NCBI GenBank assembly: GCA_003281635.1 | Contig: QCBK01000004.1 | Location: forward strand, 5,614 to 69,613 | DNA: 64,000 nt | Source of the DNA: Prochlorococcus sp. AG-347-G22 | Lineage (GTDB): Bacteria; Cyanobacteriota; Cyanobacteriia; PCC-6307; Cyanobiaceae | Reading direction: 5' to 3' | Shown here: in pieces, positions 11,852 to 22,461 of the stretch | How positions within the stretch are numbered: the first letter of the stretch is position 1 | Layout of the letters: every line of letters starts with the position of its first letter | Translations under genes and position numbers: made by a program | Notes under the pieces: model-generated | What the model was told of the DNA's origin: nothing | The model's input: the letters and a program-made list of their open reading frames with translations, nothing else | Database searches by the model: none

Positions 11852-12286
11852 ATGGAAATCTACAAAAAAAGTCAAATTTTAAGTTCGTTAAGTGATGAGC
11901 AAAAATTAAGTCATCAAAGTAAACACCTTTTGTTGGAACTTTATAGATGCGATCGCGAAAAATTAAATGATGAATCCTTTTTGCGCTGTATTTTGAATAG
12001 AGCTGCTAAATTAGCAAATGCAACCGTTTTGAATTTGATTAGTAATAAATTTGAGCCTCAGGGGGTTACAGCAATTGCATTACTAGCAGAATCTCACATT
12101 TCAATACATACTTGGCCTGAATCTAATTATTCGGCAGTCGATATTTTTACATGTGGTCAAAATATGATGCCTGAACTAGCTAGTCAATATTTAATTAAAT
12201 CTTTGATTGCTAAGGAACATTCTTTACGTGTCATTGAGCGAAATCCACCTTCAGCAGTCTCTAAACAGATCAGAACAGTTGTTTAA
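11852..12286 (+). CDS. speD: S-adenosylmethionine decarboxylase proenzyme (pyruvoyl; SpeD/SpeH family)
   Basis: FEPQGVT, LAESHISIHTWPE, DIFTCG. Confidence 0.9.
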   Translation: MEIYKKSQILSSLSDEQKLSHQSKHLLLELYRCDREKLNDESFLRCILNRAAKLANATVLNLISNKFEPQGVTAIALLAESHISIHTWPESNYSAVDIFTCGQNMMPELASQYLIKSLIAKEHSLRVIERNPPSAVSKQIRTVV

Positions 12287-12292
12287 CAATTT

Positions 12293-13117
12293 TTACCTAT
12301 TTAATTTACCGCTTACTAGTCCCTCAAGATCTAAACTTGTGCAGTTAAATCCCAAATTAGAAAAATATTGAACTAACTCACTAAAATTATATTTGTTAAA
12401 AAAATGCTTTAATTCATCTTGGGGAATTTCTATTCTTGCAGTAGAGCCTTGGCATCTAACTCTAACCTCCGATAATCCGCATTCTTTAAGATATTCTTCT
12501 GCTTTCTCAACCATTTTTAGTCTTTCACTAGTTATTTCATGGCCATAAGGAAATCTTGATGATAAGCAAGGTTGAGCAGGTTTATCCCACCAAGGAAAAC
12601 CCAATGCTCTTGATATATCCCTAATGTCTTGTTTTGAGACTTTAAATTTTGCAAGGGGGGAGATAACTCCTGCTTGTTTTGAGGCTTGTATACCTGGTCT
12701 GTAATCTTTAAGATCATCCAGATTGACTCCATCTAAAACAATCTTATAATTAAGTTTTTGAGAGAGGTAGGTTGTATGTTTGTGAAGCTCTTTTTTGCAT
12801 GCAAAGCATCTATCCTTAGGATTTTCACTGTAACTTGATTGGTCTAATTCTGATGTTTTAATTTCTAAATGTTTTACTCCTATCCATTTTGCTTGCCTTC
12901 TTGCTTCTTCACGAAGAGTATTAGCTAATGCAGGAGAAATACCAGTTATAGCAATTGCTTTGCTACCTAATTGCTCGAATGCTAATGATGCTACTAATGT
13001 ACTGTCAACTCCTCCGGAATAAGCAATACAAACACTATCAAGATTCTTAATGTATCTTCTAATTGTATAAAGCTTTTCACTTTGTTCATCAGAGAGAATT
13101 TCTAGTTGATTGAACAT
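12293..13117 (-). CDS. larE: LarE-family ATP-dependent sacrificial sulfur transferase (PP-loop)
   Basis: AYSGGVDS, NPKDRCFACK, DYRPG, PCLSSRFPYG; start set at the ATG of MFNQ. Confidence 0.85.
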   Translation of the reverse strand: MFNQLEILSDEQSEKLYTIRRYIKNLDSVCIAYSGGVDSTLVASLAFEQLGSKAIAITGISPALANTLREEARRQAKWIGVKHLEIKTSELDQSSYSENPKDRCFACKKELHKHTTYLSQKLNYKIVLDGVNLDDLKDYRPGIQASKQAGVISPLAKFKVSKQDIRDISRALGFPWWDKPAQPCLSSRFPYGHEITSERLKMVEKAEEYLKECGLSEVRVRCQGSTARIEIPQDELKHFFNKYNFSELVQYFSNLGFNCTSLDLEGLVSGKLNR

Positions 13118-13225
13118 GCTAATTACTTTAAAATTCAAATTACCTATGAATAGGTTGAATTTATTATTAAATCTTTAATAATATTCTTATCTATATCTTA
13201 GATTAAATTTACTAATTTTGTTCAA

Positions 13226-14386
13226 TTGACGAATACGAGTAGAAATAGAGGAATTGGAATTGTCACAGCAAGTGACAGTCAAGAGAGATCAAAAGGTCAA
13301 TTACATATTTATGATGGAGAGGGTAAGGGAAAAAGCCAGGCTGCATTGGGAGTGGTTCTCAGGACAATAGGATTAGGAATATGTGAAAAAAGACAGTCGA
13401 GAGTTTTACTTCTAAGATTTTTAAAAGGTCCTGAAAGGCCTTATGACGAGGATTCAGCTATAGAGGCTTTGCAAAGAGGCTTTCCACATTTAATTGACCA
13501 TGTAAGGACAGGAAGATCTGAATTCTTTAATGCTGATCAAGTTACAAAGTTTGATGTTGGTGAGGCCGAAAGAGGTTGGAATATTGCTAAAGGAGCAATT
13601 GCTAGTTCTCTTTATTCTGTAGTTGTCCTTGATGAGTTGAATCCAGTTCTTGATTTAGGAATGCTTGATATCAATGAAGTAGTTGATTCTCTTCAAAATC
13701 GTCCAGATGGATTAGAAATAATTATTACTGGAAGGGCAGCCCCGCCCTCTTTGGTAAGAATATCTCAACTCCATTCAGAAATGAGACCACGTTTGACAGG
13801 AGACTTATCAGAACTAAGCAGACATAGTAGTACTAGTGGTGGAATTGAGATTTATACAGGTGAAGGAAAGGGTAAATCCACAAGTGCACTCGGTAAGGCT
13901 CTTCAAGCTATCGGTAAAGGAATATCTCAAGATAAAAGTCATAGAGTTTTAATATTACAGTGGTTAAAAGGTGGAAATGGATACACCGAAGATGCTGCCA
14001 TAGAAGCTTTGAGAGAGAGTTACCCTCATTTAGTAGATCATTTACGTTCAGGCAGAGATGCAATCGTATGGAGAGGTCAGCAACAACCAATTGATTATGT
14101 TGAGGCTGAAAGAGCATGGGAAATTGCTAAAGCTGCTATTTTGTCTGGCTTGTATAAAACAATCATCTTAGATGAATTGAATCCAACTGTTGATTTAGAG
14201 TTGTTACCTGTGGAATCAATACATCAAACGCTCTTAAAAAAACCAGCAGATACAGAAGTTGTAATTACTGGGAGGTGTAAAAATGAACCTTCATACTTTG
14301 AACTAGCTGATGTTTACTCTGAAATGGTTTGTCATAAGCATTATGCAAATGTGGGAGTTGATTTGAAAAGAGGTGTAGATTACTAA
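13226..14386 (+). CDS. cobO: Cob(I)yrinic acid a,c-diamide adenosyltransferase, two tandem domains
   Basis: Two GEGKGKS P-loops, two LDELNP and two ITGR motifs; ends GVDY. Confidence 0.9.
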   Translation: MTNTSRNRGIGIVTASDSQERSKGQLHIYDGEGKGKSQAALGVVLRTIGLGICEKRQSRVLLLRFLKGPERPYDEDSAIEALQRGFPHLIDHVRTGRSEFFNADQVTKFDVGEAERGWNIAKGAIASSLYSVVVLDELNPVLDLGMLDINEVVDSLQNRPDGLEIIITGRAAPPSLVRISQLHSEMRPRLTGDLSELSRHSSTSGGIEIYTGEGKGKSTSALGKALQAIGKGISQDKSHRVLILQWLKGGNGYTEDAAIEALRESYPHLVDHLRSGRDAIVWRGQQQPIDYVEAERAWEIAKAAILSGLYKTIILDELNPTVDLELLPVESIHQTLLKKPADTEVVITGRCKNEPSYFELADVYSEMVCHKHYANVGVDLKRGVDY

Positions 14387-14400
14387 CTATTTTTAAAAAT

Positions 14401-15546
14401 TTAATTGCACAATATTTTTTTTACCTTTTCAATGCCGCCTTCTATAGATCTTGACTGAATTTTGAATTTAGATAAGATTCTTGAAGCTTTTGCAGAACGT
14501 TTCCCCGATTTACAGATAGTGAAAACCTCTTTATTTAAACTTTCTTTTTGAATAAATTTTAAGTCAGATTCTTGGCTCAAATGACTTAGGGGAATTGAGA
14601 TAGATCCCTCTATTGCAGATGTAGAAAATTCTTCATTTTCTCTAACATCAATTAAAAGAATTTTGTTGGGTTTTGTTTTGTATAAACTATTAAAGTCATT
14701 AGCATTAATACTGTTAACTTCATCATTTTTCTCACAATATTCATCACTAGCATAAAAGCTCTTAAACTGAGAAAGATTTTTTATTCGTTTATTTAACTGA
14801 TCACTTTTTAGATGTAATTTTTTTATATTCATATTCAAAAGATCAAAAATTAAAATCTTCCCATCTAAAATTTCACCTTTTTTCAAAATGATTTTGATAA
14901 TTTCATTAACCTGAAGAATTCCTATTAAACCTGTTGAAACGCCCACAACCCCGTATTCTGCACAACTAGGGGCAGCATTTTTTGAAGGTGATTCTGGAAG
15001 TAAGTCTCTTAAATTAGGACTATTTTTACATAAATTGAAAACACTCACTTGCCCTTCAAAGCCTTGTACACTTCCAAAGACTAGGGGTTTATTTAATATC
15101 AGGCATGAATCATTTATTAAATATCTTGTGCCAAAGTTATCCGAGCAATCGCAAATAACATCAAACTCCTTTATTAATTCAAGAGCATTTTTAGGATTAA
15201 TTCTCTTTGAAAAGGTAAATATTTCACAATTAGGATTGAATTTTTTAATTCTTTCCCTAGCAGAATCAATTTTAAGATTACCAATAGTTTTTGTTTCATG
15301 AATTATCTGTCTCTGGAGATTAGACTTTTCAACTTGATCGTTATCAACTATTCCAATTCTCCCGATTCCTGCTGCAGCTAAATAAAGCAAAACGGAAGAC
15401 CCAAGCCCACCTGCACCAATGCATAATACCGAGCTATTTTTAAGATTTAATTGACCCTCATAACCTATCTCTTTGAGGGTGAAATGTTTTTGATATCTTT
15501 CTTCTTCATCAGAGTTTAAGAAATTCAATTTGATATCTTTCGACAT
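14401..15546 (-). CDS. moeB: MoeB/ThiF adenylyltransferase with C-terminal rhodanese domain
   Basis: IGAGGLGS, SNLQRQ, DCSDNFGTR, PSCAEYGV, IDVRE, CKSGKRS. Confidence 0.9.
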   Translation of the reverse strand: MSKDIKLNFLNSDEEERYQKHFTLKEIGYEGQLNLKNSSVLCIGAGGLGSSVLLYLAAAGIGRIGIVDNDQVEKSNLQRQIIHETKTIGNLKIDSARERIKKFNPNCEIFTFSKRINPKNALELIKEFDVICDCSDNFGTRYLINDSCLILNKPLVFGSVQGFEGQVSVFNLCKNSPNLRDLLPESPSKNAAPSCAEYGVVGVSTGLIGILQVNEIIKIILKKGEILDGKILIFDLLNMNIKKLHLKSDQLNKRIKNLSQFKSFYASDEYCEKNDEVNSINANDFNSLYKTKPNKILLIDVRENEEFSTSAIEGSISIPLSHLSQESDLKFIQKESLNKEVFTICKSGKRSAKASRILSKFKIQSRSIEGGIEKVKKILCN

Positions 15547-15840
15547 TTCGATCCCTTAATGTTTGTGAGATAAACTATGAAAACATAATAATTAAAATAA
15601 AAATTTTAGCCTTTTAAATTTTTCTTATTACCATGATTTATTAATGTTTTTGTTAGAACTAGACGATAATGTGAAGTTTTTATAAATCAATTTTAAGTTT
15701 AAATATCTTCAGAAACCATACATATCAACGCCTCTAAAAAAATACAAAATGTTTCGGTTCGGAATTTTGCACAACAAAAAGGTAGTCAACAGACGTTTTT
15801 TCCGATACTGTCTGGTTCATATATTAAGTTTACTGAATTC

Positions 15841-16206
15841 ATGAGTGATAACACTCCAGAGTCAAACCAAGACCCCGGCTCCGATACAAGCTCAGAAACC
15901 AAAAGTTTTTCAGAGAAGTACTCTGATGTTATGGGAAAAGTCAACGAAACCCTTGGTAATGTTGATTGGACCCAAATGGGTAAGTACGGTAAGGCGGCAG
16001 GCATAATTGCTGTTGTCGTAATAGCTCAGATAATAATTAAAGTTGTCATTGACACGATAAACTTTTTCCCAATTCTCCCTGGTTTACTAGAACTTCTTGG
16101 AGTAATTGTTGTAGGTCAATGGAGCTGGCAAAATCTTCGTACCAGTGAAAATCGTGAAGCTGTTTTAGATAAGGTGCAAAATCTTAAGAAGACATATTTA
16201 GGCTAG
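15841..16206 (+). CDS. CAAD-domain thylakoid membrane protein (CurT/CURT1-like)
   Basis: Two TM segments with INFFPILPGLLELLG followed by an amphipathic REAVLDKV helix. Confidence 0.8.
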   Translation: MSDNTPESNQDPGSDTSSETKSFSEKYSDVMGKVNETLGNVDWTQMGKYGKAAGIIAVVVIAQIIIKVVIDTINFFPILPGLLELLGVIVVGQWSWQNLRTSENREAVLDKVQNLKKTYLG

Positions 16207-16212
16207 TTAAAA

Positions 16213-17091
16213 TTACATATTGAGTATTGCTTGTACGTAATCTTTAACTTGTTTTAAGTACCCTCCCCCAAACATATTGGCATGGTTTAATATGTGATAA
16301 AAATTATAAATTATAATTCTTTTTTCAAATCCGTTTTTTATAGGAAAAACTCTATGATATTCTTCATAAAATTCTTTTCTAAAACCTCCAAATAATTTTG
16401 TCATAGCTATATCTACTTCATTATCTGCCCACCAAGATGCCGGGTCAAAAATAACCCCCTTTCCACTTTTGTCCATTCCCGCATTGCCTGACCACAAATC
16501 TCCATGAACTAGAGCATTTATTGGCTTGTGATTCAGTAATTCTGATTTTATTTTTTCTTTAACTTTATTTATGATTTCTTTATCTAAAGTCGTTGGTTTG
16601 AGAATTAATAGTTGAGGTATTATCCTTAAGTTTAAAAAACAATCTATCCAATTATCTTCAAAGCCCATTTTCTGATCTGTTGTTCCGATAAAACCCTCAA
16701 CTGGAAACCCAAACATTTTAGGATTTGACTCAGCTGATTTTAAATGCAATTCACCTAAACCTTTTCCAAGCTTTTTTTGGTCAAAGTTATGCATATCTAT
16801 CCATTCAATTAAAAGAATCTCTGTATTTTTTATATTTTTATATGCAATAACTTCAGGTATTACTAAGTTTTCTTGATTTATATATTTCCTCAAATTTTGG
16901 AGACAATATTTTTCAAATTCAAGCAATTTTTTGTTTCTAATATTTCTTTTAAGGAATAATTTTTTGTTTGAGAATTCTATTCGCCAAGCACTATGAATAT
17001 CACCACCATGAACTTCTTCAATACTTTTTGGATAGGTTTCACCTAATTCTTCACAAATTTCGTTAATTTCAATAGGGGATAATTTTTGCAT
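16213..17091 (-). CDS. Fructosamine kinase family protein
   Basis: GGDIH, LVHGDLWSGN, IFDPA, LNHANMFGGGY. Confidence 0.9.
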   Translation of the reverse strand: MQKLSPIEINEICEELGETYPKSIEEVHGGDIHSAWRIEFSNKKLFLKRNIRNKKLLEFEKYCLQNLRKYINQENLVIPEVIAYKNIKNTEILLIEWIDMHNFDQKKLGKGLGELHLKSAESNPKMFGFPVEGFIGTTDQKMGFEDNWIDCFLNLRIIPQLLILKPTTLDKEIINKVKEKIKSELLNHKPINALVHGDLWSGNAGMDKSGKGVIFDPASWWADNEVDIAMTKLFGGFRKEFYEEYHRVFPIKNGFEKRIIIYNFYHILNHANMFGGGYLKQVKDYVQAILNM

Positions 17092-17095
17092 TTTA

Positions 17096-18601
17096 ATGAG
17101 AAAGTCTGAAGTTATTGTTGTAGGTGCCGGTATAGCAGGACTAACTTCTGCAGCGATTTTATCAAAACAAGGCTTATCAGTGACTTTAATCGAATCTCAT
17201 TCTCAGGCCGGAGGATGTGCCGGTACTTTTAAAAGAAAGAATTATATTTTTGATGTTGGCGCAACTCAGGTTGCTGGTTTAGAGAAGGGAGGAATACATT
17301 CTAGAATTTTTGATTTTTTAGATATTCCATCCCCAGAAGCCACAGTTTTAGACCCTGCTTGCATTGTTGATTTAAATGATGGTGGTAAACCTATACCTAT
17401 TTGGTATGAAAAAAGTAAATGGATTGCTGAACGAGAAATGCAGTTTCCTGGGAGTCAAAGATTTTGGAAGCTTTGTACCCTAATACATGAAAGTAATTGG
17501 ATATTTGCTAATAATAATCCTGTATTACCAATAAGTAATTTTTGGGATTTTTCTCAACTTCTCAAAGCACTAGTACCTTCAAACCTTGTCACAGGTATCT
17601 TACTTAAATCTACTATTTTTGATCTATTGCGGATATGTGGATTATCCAAGAATGAGCGCTTGATTAAATTCTTAAATCTTCAACTAAAACTTTATTCTCA
17701 AGAGGACGTTTATAGTACTGCAGCATTATATGGATCTACTGTTCTTCAGATGTGTCAACAGCCACATGGTCTGTGGCATCTTAAAAAATCTATGCAATCT
17801 TTAAGTGAATCATTAGAAAGTTCATTAATTAAAACTGGAGTTAATTTAATTTTTGGGCAAGAAGTTAATTCTATAACTTTTGATGACGTAAATATGTGTT
17901 GGCAACTATCTGCTAATTCGAAAAAAAAATCATTTATTTATCAAGCAAAAGATGTGATTTATACCGCACCTCCACAATCTTTGCTCAAGCATTTGAAAGA
18001 TCCTTTAGAAAGAAAAAAAAATTATAAAAATCGACTTAATAATTTGCCTGATCCAAGTGGAGCTGTAGTTTTTTATTCAGCATTAAAAAAGGAACATATT
18101 AAAAAAACATCCTCCAATCATTATCAATTTGTTTCAAAAGAATTTTGTTCGTTATTTGTATCAATTAGTGATGATGGTGATGGAAGAGCGCCAAAAGGTG
18201 AGGTTACTTTAATTGCGAGTATCTTTACCAAAACTAAAGATTGGTTTGATCTAGATAAACAAACTTACTTAGAGAAAAAAAATGGTTTCATGAAAAAAAT
18301 ATCCCTTGAATTGGAAAGTCAATTTGATATTGATCCTGAAAAATGGCTACATAGAGAGCTAGCAACTCCATTGGGCTTTGAAAAATGGACAAAAAGACCT
18401 AATGGAATAGTAGGCGGGCTTGGTCAAAATCCAGATATTTTTGGTTTATTTGGATTATCAAGTAGGACACCTTTTGAAGGTTTATGGTTATGTGGAGATT
18501 CGATTTATCCAGGAGAGGGGACTGCAGGTGTTAGTCAGTCTGCATTAATGGTTTCAAGGCAAATTTTAGCTTCTAGAGGTATAGAAAATTTTAGTTTATA
18601 A
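17096..18601 (+). CDS. crtD: CrtD-like carotenoid desaturase (FAD-dependent oxidoreductase)
   Basis: GAGIAG Rossmann, GGCAGTF, FDVGATQVAG, CGDSIYPGEGTAGVS. Confidence 0.8.
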   Translation: MRKSEVIVVGAGIAGLTSAAILSKQGLSVTLIESHSQAGGCAGTFKRKNYIFDVGATQVAGLEKGGIHSRIFDFLDIPSPEATVLDPACIVDLNDGGKPIPIWYEKSKWIAEREMQFPGSQRFWKLCTLIHESNWIFANNNPVLPISNFWDFSQLLKALVPSNLVTGILLKSTIFDLLRICGLSKNERLIKFLNLQLKLYSQEDVYSTAALYGSTVLQMCQQPHGLWHLKKSMQSLSESLESSLIKTGVNLIFGQEVNSITFDDVNMCWQLSANSKKKSFIYQAKDVIYTAPPQSLLKHLKDPLERKKNYKNRLNNLPDPSGAVVFYSALKKEHIKKTSSNHYQFVSKEFCSLFVSISDDGDGRAPKGEVTLIASIFTKTKDWFDLDKQTYLEKKNGFMKKISLELESQFDIDPEKWLHRELATPLGFEKWTKRPNGIVGGLGQNPDIFGLFGLSSRTPFEGLWLCGDSIYPGEGTAGVSQSALMVSRQILASRGIENFSL

Positions 18602-19430
18602 AATTTTGTCTGTTTTCTTTTGCTTCAGCAAGTTTTTTAGAGAGTAAATCCCAATTTTTTTCTTTAATGAGAGATTCCAGTATATTCAGCTTATTTTTAA
18701 AATTATTTATGGAATTTAAAACATTAATCTGATTATTAATAGCTAAATCTAGGCCTAGTTGTTCATTGCCTCCGCCAACTCTCGAAGTGTCAGCAAATCC
18801 TGTAGCAGCTAATTTTTGCGAGAGATCTAATAAAGATTGATTATTTTTTGTTTGCGCTGTTTCTATGAGGGCAGAAGCTAAAAATATAGGCAAATGAGAA
18901 ATTAGAGATACTGCTTCATCATGCTCTTTTGGCGAAGCTTGGCAAATTTCACAATCCATTGATTTTATGAGCTCGGAAATAGTTCTGACTGAATTTGAAT
19001 CACTATTTTGTGTTGGGGTAATAATCCATTTTGCATTTTTAAAAAGACCTTCAAAACCTGAATCAACTCCTTTTTTTTCTGTGCCTGCCATTGGATGAGA
19101 TCCAATAAAAAGAGGATGTGAATTTTCCCATGTATTTACAATTGGTTCTTTTACAGACCCTACATCGGTTAGTATTGTTTCCTGAGGTATTGATGCTACT
19201 AATTGTTGCGACGGACTGATCAAATCTTTGATAGGCAATGCCAAAATTATTAGCTCACATTTTTTTAATAAGCTCAGATCACAGCTAACAAAATTTGCAA
19301 GTTTTTTATCCTTAGCTTTTTTTTCATTAAATTCATTATTTGCTATTCCATAAATTGTATGATTTAGACTTTGGAGTTTTAATCCTAAAGAACCACCAAT
19401 TAATCCTAATCCTACTATTCCAATTTTCAT
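18591..19430 (-). CDS. tyrA: Prephenate/arogenate dehydrogenase
   Basis: GLGLIGGS, TDVGSVK, GSHPMAG, HDEAV..ISHLP, GFADTSR. Confidence 0.92.
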   Translation of the reverse strand: MKIGIVGLGLIGGSLGLKLQSLNHTIYGIANNEFNEKKAKDKKLANFVSCDLSLLKKCELIILALPIKDLISPSQQLVASIPQETILTDVGSVKEPIVNTWENSHPLFIGSHPMAGTEKKGVDSGFEGLFKNAKWIITPTQNSDSNSVRTISELIKSMDCEICQASPKEHDEAVSLISHLPIFLASALIETAQTKNNQSLLDLSQKLAATGFADTSRVGGGNEQLGLDLAINNQINVLNSINNFKNKLNILESLIKEKNWDLLSKKLAEAKENRQNFIN

Positions 19431-19525
19431 AAATTAATAAATTCAAGAGCCTCTTTTATTGATACCAATTTTTTGTATATTAGGTTCATAAATTTTGCAT
19501 GTTTTTGGAATTAAATTAATTATAA

Positions 19526-20974
19526 ATGCTTGAAATTTTAAGTCATCAATATTTGAAAAATTTTTTGAAGGATCAAAGTATTAATTGGGAACATATATAT
19601 TCTTTTGGGAGGATAGTTTCCAAATGTATTGAAAATGATTCTACCTATCTAATTAATTCAGAAATTTTCTCTAGCTATGATTGGTTACCTCCAATTTTGA
19701 TTTCTTTATTTTTAAAGGAAGAGGATTCAACTTTTATTTTATCTAAAGAAAAAATCCAATTTATAAGCCAATTTCATATTGATTCATTGAAAAATCTAGG
19801 TTTTAATTTTATTTTGAAAAATGATCAATTTATTTTTGCAAATCATCATGTTCACTTGATAACTATCCAAAAATTTCTTAATGATCCAAATTCTCGTAAT
19901 CTTAGAAATCATCGAATTGTTTATTCAGGCATTGAGGATATAAAACAGGATTTAAAAAATCATTTTAGGATTTCTTTAGTCAAAAAGGATTGGACAAAAA
20001 ATTTTAAAGAATTTGAATTAATCAATCAAAAATTTATGAAAGTATATGATTCGTTGAAGAAAAAGTTCTTCTTGAGAAAGGTCTTAGGAAATAGTTATAT
20101 CAAATTAGATGAAAAAGAAATTAGTTTCTTGTCAAACTTTTTTTATGAAAATTCTTTTTTTTCTGATAAATTTTTAAGCGTCAACAAAGCATTATCTCAA
20201 GGTTGGGCATGCTGGGTAAAGTTAAACGATACAAATTTAGATTGGAATTTGTATTTACAGCCAATAGATGAACTTTTTCAAATTAAGGAATTTTTTTCAA
20301 ATAATAAATTTGTTTTTTTATCAGCATTGAGAAAAGATAATTTTTTCCAAATGTATTTTAAAAAGCATAGTTTAGATATTGACTTGGTTATTAATTTTAA
20401 GAGTAATTTTGAAGAGAAAAAGATTTCTTTATATATACCTTCTAAACAGTTGCTTCCTAATAATCCTCTTTTTACCAATTCAATCTTGGACAAATGCAAA
20501 AAGTTAATACTTTTTAGAAAGGGTTTAACTTTAGTGTTGTCTGATGATATTGATTTAAAAACTAATCTTGCTACAGAATTAGCTTCTACTTATGGGAAGA
20601 GAGTATTGCTAGAGACAATCCCCTCAGGTAGAAATGAAATCCTTTGCTCTAGTTTTGACTGGTGGATTATGAATTCTTATTTAATTCAAATTCCAGAACA
20701 AATTATCATTCCTTTACTTCCGATTCCGAATATGTCAGAACCCATTAATGCAATTACTGTCTCTCATAAAAAGAAGCTTTCTCAAGATTGGTTTAGAGAC
20801 TTCTTTCTTCCTCAAGCTAAAATTAAACTTGAAAGATCTATTTCTCCTTTAAGAAGAAATTCAGGTAAGTTAATAATCTTAGATGGAAGAGCAAATAAAA
20901 GAAACTGGGGAAGATTACTTTTGCAAAACATTAAACCCTCAAAACAAATTAACTATATGCTACCTTTTGATTAG
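19526..20974 (+). CDS. Degenerate DinG/Rad3-like helicase C-terminal domain protein
   Basis: C-terminal IIIPLLP.P...PLRR..G.LIILDGR resembles Helicase_C_2; no Walker A seen. Confidence 0.6.
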   Translation: MLEILSHQYLKNFLKDQSINWEHIYSFGRIVSKCIENDSTYLINSEIFSSYDWLPPILISLFLKEEDSTFILSKEKIQFISQFHIDSLKNLGFNFILKNDQFIFANHHVHLITIQKFLNDPNSRNLRNHRIVYSGIEDIKQDLKNHFRISLVKKDWTKNFKEFELINQKFMKVYDSLKKKFFLRKVLGNSYIKLDEKEISFLSNFFYENSFFSDKFLSVNKALSQGWACWVKLNDTNLDWNLYLQPIDELFQIKEFFSNNKFVFLSALRKDNFFQMYFKKHSLDIDLVINFKSNFEEKKISLYIPSKQLLPNNPLFTNSILDKCKKLILFRKGLTLVLSDDIDLKTNLATELASTYGKRVLLETIPSGRNEILCSSFDWWIMNSYLIQIPEQIIIPLLPIPNMSEPINAITVSHKKKLSQDWFRDFFLPQAKIKLERSISPLRRNSGKLIILDGRANKRNWGRLLLQNIKPSKQINYMLPFD

Positions 20975-21003
20975 GTTATGATTTTGTAAATAACTAAAGA
21001 AAT

Positions 21004-21249
21004 ATGGGAGAAGCAAAAAGACGTAAAACACTTGGTTTACTTCCAAAAAAAAATAATACTAAAACTAAAATTGATGAGTCTCCAAGATTATTTGAATGGC
21101 TTCCCTTTACAATCAATCAAAGAGATAATCTAATTAAATTAAGTATTAAGGCCAGTTGGTTTGGAATCGGAGGGTTAGTAATCTTATGGATTGTAGTGAG
21201 ATTTATAGGCCCTGCTGCTGGGTGGTGGACTTTAGCTGATTCTTTATAA
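21004..21249 (+). CDS. Conserved cyanobacterial small membrane protein (DUF2839-like)
   Basis: MGEAKRR N-terminus and VRFIGPAAGWW C-terminus. Confidence 0.75.
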   Translation: MGEAKRRKTLGLLPKKNNTKTKIDESPRLFEWLPFTINQRDNLIKLSIKASWFGIGGLVILWIVVRFIGPAAGWWTLADSL

Positions 21250-21251
21250 AT

Positions 21252-22349
21252 CTAAGCTACTGTTTTTATATCATTAACAGCGATTGTATTAGCAGGATTG
21301 CTATTTAATGCTTTCATTGAATTAGAACTGACTTCAGTTCCTTCTGTTAATTTCTCTTTAACCATAGATTCTACTTTATTCCTGATTTCTAAGTTTTGAT
21401 CAAGCCAAATAATTGTATTATCTCTGCCTTGTCCAATATTTTCTCCTTCATAACTATACCAAGCACCTCTCCTTATGATGATATTAGTCTCTTCTGCTAA
21501 ATCTAATAAGCATCCTGTTGTACTAATACCTTTCCCAAAGAGAATATCAAATTCTGCAATTCTAAATGGTGGTGCAACTTTGTTTTTTGCTACTTTCACT
21601 TTTGCTCTTATGCCATATTCCTCAGTACCTCTTTTAAGAGTTTGAATTCTTCTGATATCAAGTCTTACTGAGGCGTAAAATTTTAATGCATTACCTCCTG
21701 TGGTTGTTTCTGGATTGCCGTATGTAACGCCAATTTTTAGGCGTAATTGATTCAGGAATATTACCGTACATCCAGATTTGCCAATATTTCCTGTTATTTT
21801 CCTCATTGCTTGGCTCATTAGCCTTGCTTGGCTTCCAATTACGTGATCTCCCATCTCTCCTTCTATCTCGGCTCTTGGGGTTAGTGCTGCGACCGAGTCA
21901 ACAACTACAAGATCTACCGCACTCGATCTTATAAGTTGGTCAACTATTTCTAGAGCCATTTCACCAGTATCTGGCTGTGAAACTAACAAATTTTCAACAT
22001 CAACACCTAAGGAGGCCGCATAAACTGGATCCAGTGCATGCTCAGCATCTACAAATGCAGCTACCCCTCCATTTTTTTGGACTTCCGCAATCGCGTGAAG
22101 AGTTAATGTAGTTTTTCCTGAACTTTCTGGTCCGTAAACTTCTACTACTCTTCCTTTTGGATAGCCTCCTCCTAATGCTAAATCTAAGGTGAGCGCTCCA
22201 GTAGATATTGTTTCTACTTTCATTCTTGAGGCGTCACCAAGTCTCATTATTGAACCTCTTCCAAAATTTCTTTCTATTTGACCTAAGACAAGACTTAATG
22301 CCTTGTCTTTTTCTTTTGATTCAGTTTTTTTCTTTTCTTCAAGGCTCAT
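21252..22349 (-). CDS. recA: Recombinase RecA
   Basis: [31 protein letters not shown]. Confidence 0.99.
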   Translation of the reverse strand: MSLEEKKKTESKEKDKALSLVLGQIERNFGRGSIMRLGDASRMKVETISTGALTLDLALGGGYPKGRVVEVYGPESSGKTTLTLHAIAEVQKNGGVAAFVDAEHALDPVYAASLGVDVENLLVSQPDTGEMALEIVDQLIRSSAVDLVVVDSVAALTPRAEIEGEMGDHVIGSQARLMSQAMRKITGNIGKSGCTVIFLNQLRLKIGVTYGNPETTTGGNALKFYASVRLDIRRIQTLKRGTEEYGIRAKVKVAKNKVAPPFRIAEFDILFGKGISTTGCLLDLAEETNIIIRRGAWYSYEGENIGQGRDNTIIWLDQNLEIRNKVESMVKEKLTEGTEVSSNSMKALNSNPANTIAVNDIKTVA

Positions 22350-22433
22350 TGTTTGATTTATCGGTTAAAGTTCTTGTAATTATTCTAAATTTGGAAATTT
22401 TTATTTAAACCAAACTTCATAAATACAAACTAT

Positions 22434-22447
22434 AGTACATCTGTACT
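22434..22447. promoter_or_regulatory. Cyanobacterial LexA (SOS) box upstream of recA
   Basis: AGTAC-ATCT-GTACT inverted repeat matches RGTACNNNDGTWCB, about 85 bp upstream of the recA start. Confidence 0.85.
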
Positions 22448-22461
22448 CTAGCTGATTATCT

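Noticed and set aside
13226-14386. Internally duplicated CobO
   Set aside because: The tandem two-domain form is the usual cyanobacterial architecture.
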